Assembly (NCBI GenBank): GCA_041946805.1
Contig: JBHGBC010000014.1
Location: forward strand, 1 to 64,000
DNA length: 64,000 nt
Direction of reading: 5' to 3'
From: a bacterium
GTDB taxonomy: Bacteria > Hinthialibacterota > Hinthialibacteria > Hinthialibacterales > Hinthialibacteraceae
Below are positions 1 through 10,225 of the stretch, piece after piece. How positions within the stretch are numbered: the first letter of the stretch is position 1; the number at the start of each line of letters is the position of its first letter. The notes beneath the pieces were generated by a model that did no database searches, was not told the origin of the DNA, and was given only the letters and a program-made list of their open reading frames with translations. The translations under genes and the position numbers were made by a program.

Positions 1-12
1 AATCCAGACGAG

Positions 13-567
13 TTGCTGGCCGCTTTCATACTTTCGTCACGGACGGGTGAAATTGCCGAAATAATACCCTACTTGTTTTTCTCGAATATTTATGTCGGGG
101 ATGATTACTTTGCATTTGGATATCCCGGAGTCATGATAAGTTTCTCTCAGGCTGAAAGTATACCGGATACTCCTCTTCCGCCAGAGAAGCGGCTTGAATT
201 TTGGCCCGCCGCGAACGCCATTCTCAAGAATCCTTCAATAACCGTACCCATGCTGATCGAAACCGTAAAGGATAAGAATATCCATAGAGACCTCCGGCTG
301 CGGGCCGCCACCTTCTTGAATACGATCGACGCCAAGACGCTACGCGATCGGATCGGCCGGGAGCCGTCCGATTTGCAGAAGGAAATCCAATCGATCCTGG
401 ATGACGATATCCGTTGGCGTCATTCATTGTACAGGATTGGCTATTTTGACCGGCATGATCCGGTGGCTTATTATGAACTTAAAAGGAAGCAGATGAAACT
501 TCCACTGGACGCGGATGTCAAAACGATTCTCAAGGAAATGGACCAGTATCTATGGGGTCCATATTGA
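13..567 (+). CDS. Hypothetical protein, probably 5'-partial at the window edge
   Basis: 184-aa ORF with plausible helical protein composition; no recognisable motif. Confidence 0.6.
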   Translation: MLAAFILSSRTGEIAEIIPYLFFSNIYVGDDYFAFGYPGVMISFSQAESIPDTPLPPEKRLEFWPAANAILKNPSITVPMLIETVKDKNIHRDLRLRAATFLNTIDAKTLRDRIGREPSDLQKEIQSILDDDIRWRHSLYRIGYFDRHDPVAYYELKRKQMKLPLDADVKTILKEMDQYLWGPY

Positions 568-603
568 ACCGGACGTAACTGTTGGATGAAATGAATACTA
601 AAT

Positions 604-651
604 AGCCCAGGGCGTTCGCCCTGGGCTATGCTCATGACGCGCCGCGGGCGC
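604..651. repeat. REP-like palindrome, family E (AGCCCAGGG...CCCTGGGCT plus GCGCC..GGCGC tail)
   Basis: agcccagggcgttcgccctgggct hairpin; related copies near 3377, 10126, 21510, 60753 and 62906. Confidence 0.65.
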
Positions 652-722
652 TCAAATGCTGAACTGCAAAACGGTTAAAAGTACCCCCTAAAAAACTGAA
701 TGATCTCTCAAAAAATGTCATC

Positions 723-749
723 CTCCGCGCTCTCCGCGCCTCGGCGGTG
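723..749. repeat. Short dispersed repeat CACCGCCGAG(G/A)CGCGGAG(A/G)GCGCGGAG
   Basis: Reverse complement matches 11030-11056 with two mismatches. Confidence 0.65.
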
Positions 750-806
750 AAATTGATCAAGGCTTGCCGGCGCGGGGATGGCATCCACGAGAAGAATGCG
801 CTTCTT

Positions 807-3230
807 TCACTCCACAAACTCGAACAACGGAATAGGCTCATCACAATACTGGCAGGGGATGTGCCGTTTGCCTTGCTCGAGGCGGTATTCGATCGCCTGG
901 CGGTTTTCCACCGTGTGGCCGCATTGCGGGCAGCGGTAGATGAGTTCCCGCTTCACCGATCCCGCCGCCGCCCATTTCTGCAGGTGTTCATGGATGTACC
1001 GCAAAAACAGGGCCTTGGTGTCCATGGTCGCGTTGCGCCCGAAGAAGATCGAAATCACCCCCTGGCCTAATTCCGGGCGGCGCACGGTGAATCCACAATC
1101 CCGGCCCAGCGGATTCCGGAATTCCGCCACGTCCGGCCCCAGGGTCTTGAGTTCGAACGCCCCGCTGGAATACAGCCGCACGATCAGGGTTGCGTAGATA
1201 TTCTCCACGAGGCCCGCGAACCGGTACACCACCTCCACTGGAGCCGTGGGCGGGACGGCCGTGGTTGAAGGCCGCAAGGCGGATGAGAACACCAGGCACG
1301 GTCCTTCCCGCAAGGCCAGTTCGCGCTTCAACAAGAGTTCCACGGTGGCGCGCAGCAGCGCGCTTTCCTGGCCGGGATCGGGCAGGCGCTCCACTCCGCC
1401 GAAATCGATCCGCCCGTTCAGCACATCCAGCTCGTTCACGCATCCCAGTCCCGCGGGATGCCTCCGCGCCGCTCCCAGCACCGCCGCGGCATAGTCCCGC
1501 AGCGCATCCGGTTTCAGCAGCACATACCCGTCGTTGAAAAACGGCCACGCCAGCCCCTGGATTTGGGCTTGGAGAATCTCCGATTCGAATTCATCGGCGC
1601 TCAGGGCGGCGGAAGGATGCGCTTTCCGGAATTCATCCCGCAGGTCCAGTTTCCGCGCCAGGAAGTCCTGCTTCTCCCGGCGGCGGGCCAAGTATTCCCG
1701 AAGGTTTCGCCATGCTTCCGGGGACTGGATTTCCGGCAGCCGCGCCCAGGGGATATGCTTGTGGATTGCCGCCCGCAGCCGTTCCACGCCATCGCTGGAA
1801 TGGGACGCGGCGGGAATCCATTCCGGAACGCCCTGTTCCAGGCAGACCATTTCACACTGGCGTTCCATCTCCTTGGAAACCGGGGCGCGGTCTTCGTCCA
1901 GAACCAGCAAGAGCGGGCACTCGGCCACGCCCGCCCGCGCGAAGGCCTGCTTCCACAGGATCACTTCCCGGGAAAGATGACCGGGATGGGTGGGGTCGAT
2001 CAGGATCACTCCCAGCGCCGCCCGGTCCAAGAACAGTTGGTTGAGGATCCGTTCCTCGGGGGGACCGGCCAGGTCCCACAAGTAGATTTCCCGCGTAATA
2101 TGCCCCCCGCCCGCCCGTTTGAAGGTTTCGGAGTGGAGGATCCAGTTCTTCAGGCCATCGTTCTGAGGAAATGGTTCATGGGATTTGCCTAGCAAGGCCC
2201 GGATCAGTTGACTTTTACCGGGGTATTCCTCCCCCGCCAGCACGACCTTGGCGGCGGCATAATGGTCGCTGGGCGCCGGAGACGCCACGTTGATCAGCGC
2301 CTCGAAGTCCAGATCCCAGATCCGCACCGCCTTGTCCTGCTCGCCCAGGATGGCCAGGCCCGGCTCCCGCGGATTGAACGCCAAGCCCGTGGGCCAGGAT
2401 ACCGTGTCCTCGAACACCGCCACCGTTTCCCAGGTTCCGCACCGCCACAGGCGCACGGTTTCGTCCCGCGCTTTGGATACCAGCAGGCCGCCATCGTGCG
2501 AAAACGAGACGCAGTCCACTGTGTCCGTATGCCCTTCGAGCACCCCCATCGACTGACCGGACACCGGGTCCCACAACCGGATCGTGTCGTCGCCGATGAC
2601 CGAGGCCAGAGTTTTGCCGTCCGGCGTCCACGCCAAGCTGAATACCCACTTCGAGGGTCCCACCGGAATCCGGGCGGAATGGCCGGTTTCGATATTCCAC
2701 AACCGGATAGTATGATCCGCCGAGCCCGAAGCCAGGATTTTGCCGTCGGGCGACCACGCCAGGCTGTACACCCGGTCCGTATGCCCCTCCAGGGTCCGCA
2801 GCAGTTCTCCGGTTCCTGCATGGCTCAGGCTGATCTTCCAGTCCCGGAATCCGGAAGCGAGGATCTGGCCGTCGGGTGACCAGGCCAGGCTGAACACCGA
2901 TTCCTTATGCCCCTTCAGGATGCGCTTCAGGATGCCGGTTTCCGCGTCCCAGATCCGGATGTGATCCCCGCTCGATACCGAGGCCAGGGTTTGACTGTCG
3001 GGCGACCAGGCCAGGCTGAACACCCGGCCCTCCAGGGTCCGGATCAACTCGCCGCTTCCCGTGTCCCACAGCCGGATGGCGTGATCGGCCGAACCCGCCG
3101 CCAGGATCCGGCCGTCGGGAGACCACGCCAGACAGACAATCCAACGGGACGCTCCCCGCAATATGTGGCGCAGTCTGAATCCGGCCGGCGGCTGTTTGGC
3201 ATGGGCCGGCGGCGTTTTCATCCGAAGCAT
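807..3230 (-). CDS. WD40-repeat / Roc-like GTPase / COR-like / Zn-ribbon protein (Roco-like)
   Basis: About 7 WD40 repeats (SLAWSPDG...IRLWD); P-loop GEEYPGKS; G3-like WDLAG; C-terminal CPQC...CQYC. Confidence 0.8.
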   Translation of the reverse strand: MLRMKTPPAHAKQPPAGFRLRHILRGASRWIVCLAWSPDGRILAAGSADHAIRLWDTGSGELIRTLEGRVFSLAWSPDSQTLASVSSGDHIRIWDAETGILKRILKGHKESVFSLAWSPDGQILASGFRDWKISLSHAGTGELLRTLEGHTDRVYSLAWSPDGKILASGSADHTIRLWNIETGHSARIPVGPSKWVFSLAWTPDGKTLASVIGDDTIRLWDPVSGQSMGVLEGHTDTVDCVSFSHDGGLLVSKARDETVRLWRCGTWETVAVFEDTVSWPTGLAFNPREPGLAILGEQDKAVRIWDLDFEALINVASPAPSDHYAAAKVVLAGEEYPGKSQLIRALLGKSHEPFPQNDGLKNWILHSETFKRAGGGHITREIYLWDLAGPPEERILNQLFLDRAALGVILIDPTHPGHLSREVILWKQAFARAGVAECPLLLVLDEDRAPVSKEMERQCEMVCLEQGVPEWIPAASHSSDGVERLRAAIHKHIPWARLPEIQSPEAWRNLREYLARRREKQDFLARKLDLRDEFRKAHPSAALSADEFESEILQAQIQGLAWPFFNDGYVLLKPDALRDYAAAVLGAARRHPAGLGCVNELDVLNGRIDFGGVERLPDPGQESALLRATVELLLKRELALREGPCLVFSSALRPSTTAVPPTAPVEVVYRFAGLVENIYATLIVRLYSSGAFELKTLGPDVAEFRNPLGRDCGFTVRRPELGQGVISIFFGRNATMDTKALFLRYIHEHLQKWAAAGSVKRELIYRCPQCGHTVENRQAIEYRLEQGKRHIPCQYCDEPIPLFEFVE

Positions 3231-3480
3231 GAATGGGCTCCTTTAACCTCCCGGGAGATTTTCTGAAGATATCTACTGAAATTATAGTCCTTATCCCGCG
3301 GGCTGATGCAAGAATTCAATTGAATCGATTCATATTAATTCCAGTGGGCCATTCCCGCAAACGGAGGGCGAAGATTAGCCCAGGATTGAAACCCCGGGCT
3401 GCCGCAAAGAAATCCCCTAAAAAAGGTACCAGGGGCGATGCCCCTGGCTAAGCTAAGATTGCCCCTGCGGGGCGCCGAAT

Positions 3481-3513
3481 CCTTCACCCTGGCCCTCTTC
3501 CAGGGGGAGAGGG
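3481..3513. repeat. BoxC-like palindromic repeat (family A)
   Basis: ccttcaccctggccctcttccagggggagaggg. Confidence 0.75.
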
Positions 3514-3664
3514 CATCGTTAAGCGTTCCCGTTCAAACTCATACTACGAATGAACTCTCAGAAAGTACAGCAATAAAGTATATAGTTATTTTAAATTACA
3601 TAAATTTTATAAATAAATAATTGTATAATCGTAACTCAATCATTGTACGCCATCACTTCCAGGA

Positions 3665-4063
3665 TCAATGGCTTCCCTCCCGCCGTTTTTGATCGATGAT
3701 TCCCATTTTCATCCGAACGGCTCCGGCCAGGTCGACTTCCCGCGCGTTGGCATAGTTAAGCAAGGCGATCAGCACATCCGCCGCTTCGTCGGCGAAGCGT
3801 TCCGCCGGGACCTCCTGGCCCTTCCACGCCTTTTTCTCCAGGTTGGCGAGTTCGCCGGCCTCACCGTTCAGTTCCAAGGCGAAAAAATTGGGTCCCCGGA
3901 CGGGAAAGGCCCGGGCCTGGTACTGCTCGAACTCCCGCTGCAGTGCGGCCAGTCCGTCAAACTGCGTGGGAAGCCACCGTGAAGCATCATCGGACATCAC
4001 TTGTATTACTCCCATCATGGTTGAAATGGAGGAAGGCCGGTGAAGCGTAACCCATCCTTCCAC
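3665..4063 (-). CDS. MazG-like nucleotide pyrophosphohydrolase (real start probably downstream, e.g. ATG 3997)
   Basis: ELNGEAGELAN...ADEAADV acidic helix motifs typical of MazG-like all-alpha NTP pyrophosphatases. Confidence 0.75.
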   Translation of the reverse strand: MEGWVTLHRPSSISTMMGVIQVMSDDASRWLPTQFDGLAALQREFEQYQARAFPVRGPNFFALELNGEAGELANLEKKAWKGQEVPAERFADEAADVLIALLNYANAREVDLAGAVRMKMGIIDQKRREGSH

Positions 4064-4176
4064 ATTATCCTATATCTCCAGAAAATAGTCCTATATCCCC
4101 CCAAAATCGTGAAGAGCAGTTTAGCCTGCCGGCATTCTATTAATTTTCTTTTCACTTAAATATATCTTTTAATTAT

Positions 4177-4206
4177 TTGACTATTTTAATGATCTTATGA
4201 TACATT
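4177..4206 (+). promoter_or_regulatory. Putative sigma70 promoter for the 4266 WD40 gene
   Basis: TTGACT-N18-TACATT with TG just upstream of the -10, in an AT-rich intergenic region; GAGGGG RBS before ATG 4266. Confidence 0.45.
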
Positions 4207-4265
4207 TCACGATATATGGCTTCATGAAGAAATGGTAAAATTCATTATTTCCACGAGGGGAAATC

Positions 4266-6230
4266 ATGAAAGCATTGTGTGTTCTTTGGATCGGATTTAT
4301 ATTGTGGAGCATCGGTCCGGCCGATGCATCTCAGGTTTTAACCCAGCCCGAATTGATTCTCGGCACCGGCGCGTTGTATGACGCGGCCTTTTCGCCCGAT
4401 GGCCGACATATCGCCACTGCGGGAACCGCTGGCGTGTTTCTGTGGGATGTGAAAACTGGGGAAGTTCAACGCCGGTACCTCGGCCATACCGCGCGGGTCA
4501 TGGATGTGGCCTTCTCGGCGGATGGCGCGTATATCGTCAGCGGCGGATGGGACAAAACCGTGCGGGTGTGGGATACGGCCACTTGTGAACCTGTGATGGT
4601 CTATCCCACGACGGATCGGATCGCGGCGGTGGCCATGTCGCCGGATAACCAGCAGATCGTTGCGGTGTGCGGGGATCAAAAGATACACCAAATCCGGTTT
4701 CCCACCGGGAAACCGATTCGGATCATCGAAGGCTATGGGGATTCCTCCTCCAAGGCCCTTTTTTTTAATCACGGCCGCTGGTTTTTGACCGGCGGAGGGG
4801 CCATGCGCCTGTGGGACGCGGCGACGGGTGAATTGTTAACCTATTGGGTTGGCTTTCGCGGTCATTTTGCCTCGATCGCGATTTCCCCCGATGAAACCAT
4901 GGTTCTCGGGGGCTTGGATTTCTCCGCCGCCAAGGCGTGGAATCTGTTCACGGGCGAGATGGCCATCAACCTGGATTATCTAGGGGGATTCGTCCGCGCG
5001 GTGGATTTCTCGCCCGACGGCCGTATGTTCCTGACCGGGGTGGAAAAACAGGCTGCCTTTGGGGGGAATCCCGCCGGGGTGGTTTTGTGGGACACGAAAA
5101 CCCAGAAGGAAATCCGCCGCTTCGCCGCGAATGAAAGCGGGATCTATGCCGCCGAATTTTCGCCTGACGGCCGCACTGTCATGGCTCTGGTGAACCAGTC
5201 CCACATTCGTCTCTATGACGTGGAATCCGGGGATCTGATTCGAAAGTGCGAAGGAGAACAGAGCATCAGCGATGCCGCGTATTCCCCCGATGGGCGGTGG
5301 GTGGCCACGGGGCATGGGGACAGCCAGGTGATTCTGTGGGACACGCAGACCGGCCGTTCGGTGTGGAAATACGCGTCGAACGGCCCGGTCAACTCCTTGG
5401 ATTATTCCCCGGACGGCAAAGCCATCTTGCTGGGCACAGAGTCCTGCTGCTTAACGGAAATCGATGCCGGGACCGGACAAGAGATAAACAACCTCAGGGA
5501 TTTTTACCATGCATTCTATGCGGTGGCCTATTCTCCGGACGGGCGGTATTGGCTGGCCTCCAACGGAGAGTCGTTTATGCAGGCGACTCATGCCGTTCTA
5601 TATGACCGGGAAACCAAGGAAAAAATCCGTGTATTCGGCGATGTCGGTGCCAATGAAATCTGTTTCGTCACCTTTTCTCCGGACTATGATTGGATTTTGA
5701 CCGTGGGAAGGTTCACGATATATACGGGCGAAACGGATGAATACGGCCCCATTTCGAGGGATTTTGGAGGGTTCAAAAAATGGAACTGGCATGACGGGCA
5801 ATTGTCCACTGTATATCCGATTACCAGCACGGATTGGACAGGCTACCCTCCGTGGGTTTACGCCGCGGTGTATTCGCCGGAGAGCGACATGATCGCCACC
5901 GCCGCCGACGATGGCGTCGCTTGCCTGTGGAAATACAACGTGCTGCACATGATTCAGCAATACCGGGGCCATACCGCGGGTGTCCTGTGCGTGGCGTTCT
6001 CGCGCGACTCGCAATGGCTGGCCACCGGCAGTAACGATAAAACCGCGAAAATATGGAACCGCGAGACCGGCGAGGAACTTTTCACCTTGACCGGCCACGC
6101 CGCGGGGGTCACGGCGGTGCAATTCTCGCCCGACGGCCGCCGCCTCCTGACCGCCAGCCGGGACGGCACCGCGCGGATCTGGGACGTCTCCGCCCTCACG
6201 CCGGTTCCAGCGTGGATCCTCCATGAGTAA
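4266..6230 (+). CDS. Secreted WD40-repeat (beta-propeller) protein with C-terminal TPVPAWILHE tail
   Basis: Signal peptide MKALCVLWIGFILWSIGPADA; many GH...FSPDG...WD repeats. Confidence 0.9.
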   Translation: MKALCVLWIGFILWSIGPADASQVLTQPELILGTGALYDAAFSPDGRHIATAGTAGVFLWDVKTGEVQRRYLGHTARVMDVAFSADGAYIVSGGWDKTVRVWDTATCEPVMVYPTTDRIAAVAMSPDNQQIVAVCGDQKIHQIRFPTGKPIRIIEGYGDSSSKALFFNHGRWFLTGGGAMRLWDAATGELLTYWVGFRGHFASIAISPDETMVLGGLDFSAAKAWNLFTGEMAINLDYLGGFVRAVDFSPDGRMFLTGVEKQAAFGGNPAGVVLWDTKTQKEIRRFAANESGIYAAEFSPDGRTVMALVNQSHIRLYDVESGDLIRKCEGEQSISDAAYSPDGRWVATGHGDSQVILWDTQTGRSVWKYASNGPVNSLDYSPDGKAILLGTESCCLTEIDAGTGQEINNLRDFYHAFYAVAYSPDGRYWLASNGESFMQATHAVLYDRETKEKIRVFGDVGANEICFVTFSPDYDWILTVGRFTIYTGETDEYGPISRDFGGFKKWNWHDGQLSTVYPITSTDWTGYPPWVYAAVYSPESDMIATAADDGVACLWKYNVLHMIQQYRGHTAGVLCVAFSRDSQWLATGSNDKTAKIWNRETGEELFTLTGHAAGVTAVQFSPDGRRLLTASRDGTARIWDVSALTPVPAWILHE

Positions 6231-6519
6231 TCATGCCATGGTATTTAATCACTTTCGCGGATTAAGCCGTTGAGGACTCCCGCCGTGGTGGATTACACCG
6301 CGTTTTGAGCCTTCCCGCCACACCGCTCCGGGCTCCATTTTCGCGGGGATGGCATCATTTCATCATCTCATCATCTCATTCGACCACTGCGTGCCCTCCC
6401 CCATGCTTTGAGGATGAAATATAGTGGTACACTCATCCTCTCACCCCGGCTTTTGCCGGGGAGGGAAAAGTGAGAGGGAAAAGCCTTCGGGACCAAATCA
6501 GAGCCAACAGGAGACCATC

Positions 6520-9500
6520 ATGAGACGAATCACGCAGGTGATAGGATTGACGGTATGGTTGTGTGCCGCCCCCGGGGCGTTTAGCGCGCTGCCCGAAGGC
6601 GAGTTTTACCTTTCCGGAGAGGGAAGCGTGGGCAGTTGGCTGATGTTGGCTCCGGTCCCGAATCCCGCGGGCTCCGGCGCGCTGGCGGGATTGGAGCAGG
6701 ATTTTCTGGGAGGGGAATCGCAGGCGGATCCCGCACGGGGGCAGGAAGTCCGCATCGGCGGGAAAGCGTTCACCTGGACGCCGGTGTTCGAGGAGAATCC
6801 GCAGGTGGTTCTGAGCCAACGGTTCGAACGCCTGGACCAGGTCAACGCCTACCTGTTTTGCGTGTTGGAGAGCCAGGAAGAACTTCCGGCCGTGTTGCAT
6901 ATCGGCCGGGATGACGCCGCCAAGGTGTGGCTGAACGGAGAGGCCGTATTAACGGATAACTCGCCCCACGGCATGTTCGACAAGCGGGCCGAAGTATCTG
7001 TGACACTCAAAAAAGGCCGTCAGCCCCTGTTGGTGAAAGTCAGCCAAGGCAGCGGTTTCTGGGGATTCGGCCTGATGATCAAGGACGCGAAAGGACAGGT
7101 TCCCCAAGGAGTGCGGGTGGTATTGCCGGGGAATTTCGATGAAGTGGAATATCTGGACCAGGTTCTGCGGTTCAGCGCGCCGCCCTTGGTGGACCGCGCG
7201 GGCCACCGTGTGTTGCAGTTGCAAGTCACCGCGGTGGGCGATCCCGCCCTGGTGGAATCGGCCGCCGTTCTTGATCCGCAGAAATCCGGTCAGACGTTGT
7301 TCTCCGCCGGCGCGATGAAAGAACGGCGGATTCAGATACCCATCCCCCGGAGCGCGGAAAGCCAGGACGTGCTGCTGCGCGTGACCATGAAGGGAAAATC
7401 TTTCGAAAAACGCAATTCCGTGCAGCCCTGCCGGGATTGGCGCGTATATCTGCTGCCTGGATCACACGTGGACATCGGCTATACCAACCTGCAGGCGATT
7501 GTGTTGGACGACCACAAGAAATTTTTTAAGAAATCCATGGATCTGTACGAGGAATCGCTGAAAAAGGGGTATAGGCACGACGCGCAGTACCGGTGGAATC
7601 CCGAGGTGACCTGGGTGGTCAAGCATTACCTGGCCGAGGAACCGGAGGCGGACCGGGAGATGCTGCTGGGGTATTTCCGGCGTGGAGTTTTCTCGCTGGA
7701 CGCCCTGTATTGCAACCTGTTAACCGCCCTGTGCGGGGACGAGGAACTGGTCCGCAGCGTCTATTACTCCACGCACCTGGCGGACAAGCAGCACTTGCCG
7801 CCCGTGGTTTCGGCCATGATCACCGATGTTCCCGGGTACACCTGGGGGACGGTGCCGGTGCTGGCGGGCGCGGGAGTGAAGTATTTCGAACTCGGCCCGA
7901 ACTTCGACGCCCGCATCGGCTTCGCCACCAAGCCGTTGGGGCCGCGTCCCTACTATTGGATCGGCCCGGACGGCCAAAGCCGGGTGCTGGTTTGGAACAC
8001 CGGATACGGATACGCCAGCCTCTTTAACCTGATGCAAACGGAGCGCGGGTTCGACGATCTTCTATCCACGCTGAGCGCTTATGAGGCGGACACCGAATAT
8101 CCCTATGACGTGGCCCAGTTCCGATCGTATTTTTCGGACAACACGCCGCCTCCCACGCATCTCTCGGACATGGTCCAGGAGTGGAACACCCAATACCAGG
8201 TTCCCCGGTTGATTCTATCCGGCGCGCCGGCTCCGTTCGAGGATTTGGTAAGCAAGTATGGGGACAAGATTCCATCCTACCAAGGCGATTACACGCCGTA
8301 CTGGGAAGACGGCGCGGCCTCCTCGGCCCGGGAAACCGCCATGAACCGCCAGGCCACCCTACGCATGCAAGACGCGGAAAAAGCCTGGACCTTCGCGGGA
8401 ATCCTGGGAAGCCCATGTGCTTATCCGCGGAAAGAGATCGAGACGGGCTACGATTTCGCCATGCTCTACAGCGAACACACCTGGGGAGCGCATAACAGCA
8501 TTTCACAGCCCGATTCTTCCTTCGCGTTGGACCAGTGGCGCGTCAAACGCAGTTTCGCGGAGAACGCCATATGGAGCGCGTCGCGGCTCAAGGCGGATGG
8601 TCTGAAAGCTTTATCCCGGCAGATTCAGAATGATCAGCCCTTCGCGTACGTGGTCTGGAACCTCTCGCAATGGCCGCGGTCGGATTGGGCCGTGCTGCCG
8701 TTCCAAGAGATACCCGATGCCCTATCCATGGCGGAACAATGGGTGGCCGTGGATGCCGAGGGGAAAAAATCGCCCGTGTATAAGAACGAGCAGGGTTACG
8801 TTTTCCAGGCCAACAAGGTTCCCGCGTTTGGATACAAGGTATATCAATTCCTGCCCGAATCGTATGCCCCGGCTCCTGCCAAGGTGGAAGCCAGTCCGGC
8901 GGAAGGCCTCCTGCGGGGCGGTCCGTGGGAGATCCGAACCGATCGGAAGACCGGCGCGGTCCAATCCATCGTGTATCTGCCGCAAAACCGGGAATTGGTG
9001 GACGCGGCAAGTCCCTACCGCTTGAATCAATACCTCCACGTGCTCGGGCCGAACGGGAAGGACAGCCGGAGCGCGGAACAGGTGATCTGGACATCCGCGG
9101 TGTCCGAAACCGGAGACTCCGGGTCTCTCACCGCCCAGGTGAAAGCGCCGGGCGTGGAGTGGCTGCGGCAGGAGATTCAGTTAATCCCCGAGCAGAACCG
9201 CATCGAGTTCATCAACACCATGGACAAACGTGACATCCGGGACAAGGAAGCAGTGCGCTTCGCGTTTCCGTTTCAGGTTCCCGGGGGCGGCTTCACCATG
9301 GAAATCCCGCTGGCGTCGATGCGGCCGGAGAAGGACCAGATTCCCGGGGCAAACCGTAATTTCTACACGGTCCGGCGCTGGATCGATGTTTCCAACGACG
9401 ATTGGGGTGTCACCCTGGCCGCGCATGACGCGCCAATGCTGGAATTCTGTGACATGCACGCCGAACAGCCCTGGCTGGAGCATCTGCCGCTCACGAACAC

Positions 9501-9990
9501 GCATCTGTTTTCGTACGCCATGAACAACTATTGGTTCACGAATTACAAGGCGAGCCAGGGCGGGCCAGCGGTGTTCCGCTACTCGCTGGTGTATCACGAC
9601 AGTCCATTCAAGCCGAGCGGGGCGACGCGGTTCGCGGATCAAGTCAGTTCGCCGTTGTGCGTCATGCCGCTTGCCGTCACGGAGGCTCCCGAAAAGACGG
9701 CGCTCGCGGACAAGGAAAAATCCTTGTTTAGCATGGAGACTTCCAATGTGCTGGTGCAAGTGATCAAGCAGGCGGAAGACGGGCAGGGCTTGATCGTCCG
9801 GTTTCGGGAACTGGACGGTGTAGACACAAAGACCGCGTTCCGCTGCGGCTTGTTCACCGCGTTCAAGTGGCAGCGCTGCGACTTGGTGGAGCGGCCGATT
9901 TCCGGTGAAGAGGGAACCTCGGAAAACGGAATGCTCCCTGTGAACATCGGTGGAAAGGCGATACAGACGTATCGGATACAGAAGATGTAG
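6520..9990 (+). CDS. Secreted glycoside hydrolase family 38-like (alpha-mannosidase-like) protein with an N-terminal beta-sandwich domain
   Basis: GGAG RBS before ATG 6520; signal peptide; SHVDIGYT, DVPG, WEDG, YSEHTWG and MNNYW motifs. Confidence 0.8.
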   Translation: MRRITQVIGLTVWLCAAPGAFSALPEGEFYLSGEGSVGSWLMLAPVPNPAGSGALAGLEQDFLGGESQADPARGQEVRIGGKAFTWTPVFEENPQVVLSQRFERLDQVNAYLFCVLESQEELPAVLHIGRDDAAKVWLNGEAVLTDNSPHGMFDKRAEVSVTLKKGRQPLLVKVSQGSGFWGFGLMIKDAKGQVPQGVRVVLPGNFDEVEYLDQVLRFSAPPLVDRAGHRVLQLQVTAVGDPALVESAAVLDPQKSGQTLFSAGAMKERRIQIPIPRSAESQDVLLRVTMKGKSFEKRNSVQPCRDWRVYLLPGSHVDIGYTNLQAIVLDDHKKFFKKSMDLYEESLKKGYRHDAQYRWNPEVTWVVKHYLAEEPEADREMLLGYFRRGVFSLDALYCNLLTALCGDEELVRSVYYSTHLADKQHLPPVVSAMITDVPGYTWGTVPVLAGAGVKYFELGPNFDARIGFATKPLGPRPYYWIGPDGQSRVLVWNTGYGYASLFNLMQTERGFDDLLSTLSAYEADTEYPYDVAQFRSYFSDNTPPPTHLSDMVQEWNTQYQVPRLILSGAPAPFEDLVSKYGDKIPSYQGDYTPYWEDGAASSARETAMNRQATLRMQDAEKAWTFAGILGSPCAYPRKEIETGYDFAMLYSEHTWGAHNSISQPDSSFALDQWRVKRSFAENAIWSASRLKADGLKALSRQIQNDQPFAYVVWNLSQWPRSDWAVLPFQEIPDALSMAEQWVAVDAEGKKSPVYKNEQGYVFQANKVPAFGYKVYQFLPESYAPAPAKVEASPAEGLLRGGPWEIRTDRKTGAVQSIVYLPQNRELVDAASPYRLNQYLHVLGPNGKDSRSAEQVIWTSAVSETGDSGSLTAQVKAPGVEWLRQEIQLIPEQNRIEFINTMDKRDIRDKEAVRFAFPFQVPGGGFTMEIPLASMRPEKDQIPGANRNFYTVRRWIDVSNDDWGVTLAAHDAPMLEFCDMHAEQPWLEHLPLTNTHLFSYAMNNYWFTNYKASQGGPAVFRYSLVYHDSPFKPSGATRFADQVSSPLCVMPLAVTEAPEKTALADKEKSLFSMETSNVLVQVIKQAEDGQGLIVRFRELDGVDTKTAFRCGLFTAFKWQRCDLVERPISGEEGTSENGMLPVNIGGKAIQTYRIQKM

Positions 9991-10023
9991 TGTGATCCAG
10001 GGTTGAAATCCAATAATGCCGCC

Positions 10024-10113
10024 TTCCCCCGGCCCTCTCCCGGGGGAAGAGGGAGGGTTTGTGGAGGGGATTGTCTGAATCAGGATGGTCAGGATGGACA
10101 AGATGATCAGGAT
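10024..10113 (+). repeat. Composite repeat: BoxC-like palindrome + TTGTCTGAATCAGGAT + 9-bp CAGGAT tandem units
   Basis: Same composite at 11283-11385, 48624-48703 and, inverted, at 25888-25989. Confidence 0.8.
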
Positions 10114-10225
10114 AGGAAAGTTATAGGCCCAGGATTAAAATCCTGGGCTGCTGTAAAGCCGTCCCCTGAAGGCAAGACTCCAACCAATTCCAGAGAAGCC
10201 CAGCGGGGCGAAAGGGCTTTGACCC

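Noticed and set aside
6353..6380. catcatttcatcatctcatcatctcatt microrepeat
   Set aside because: Short, single locus, no evidence of function
10069..10113. CAGGAT 9-mer tandem units as a CRISPR array
   Set aside because: Units are too short, have no unique spacers and no cas genes; part of a dispersed composite repeat
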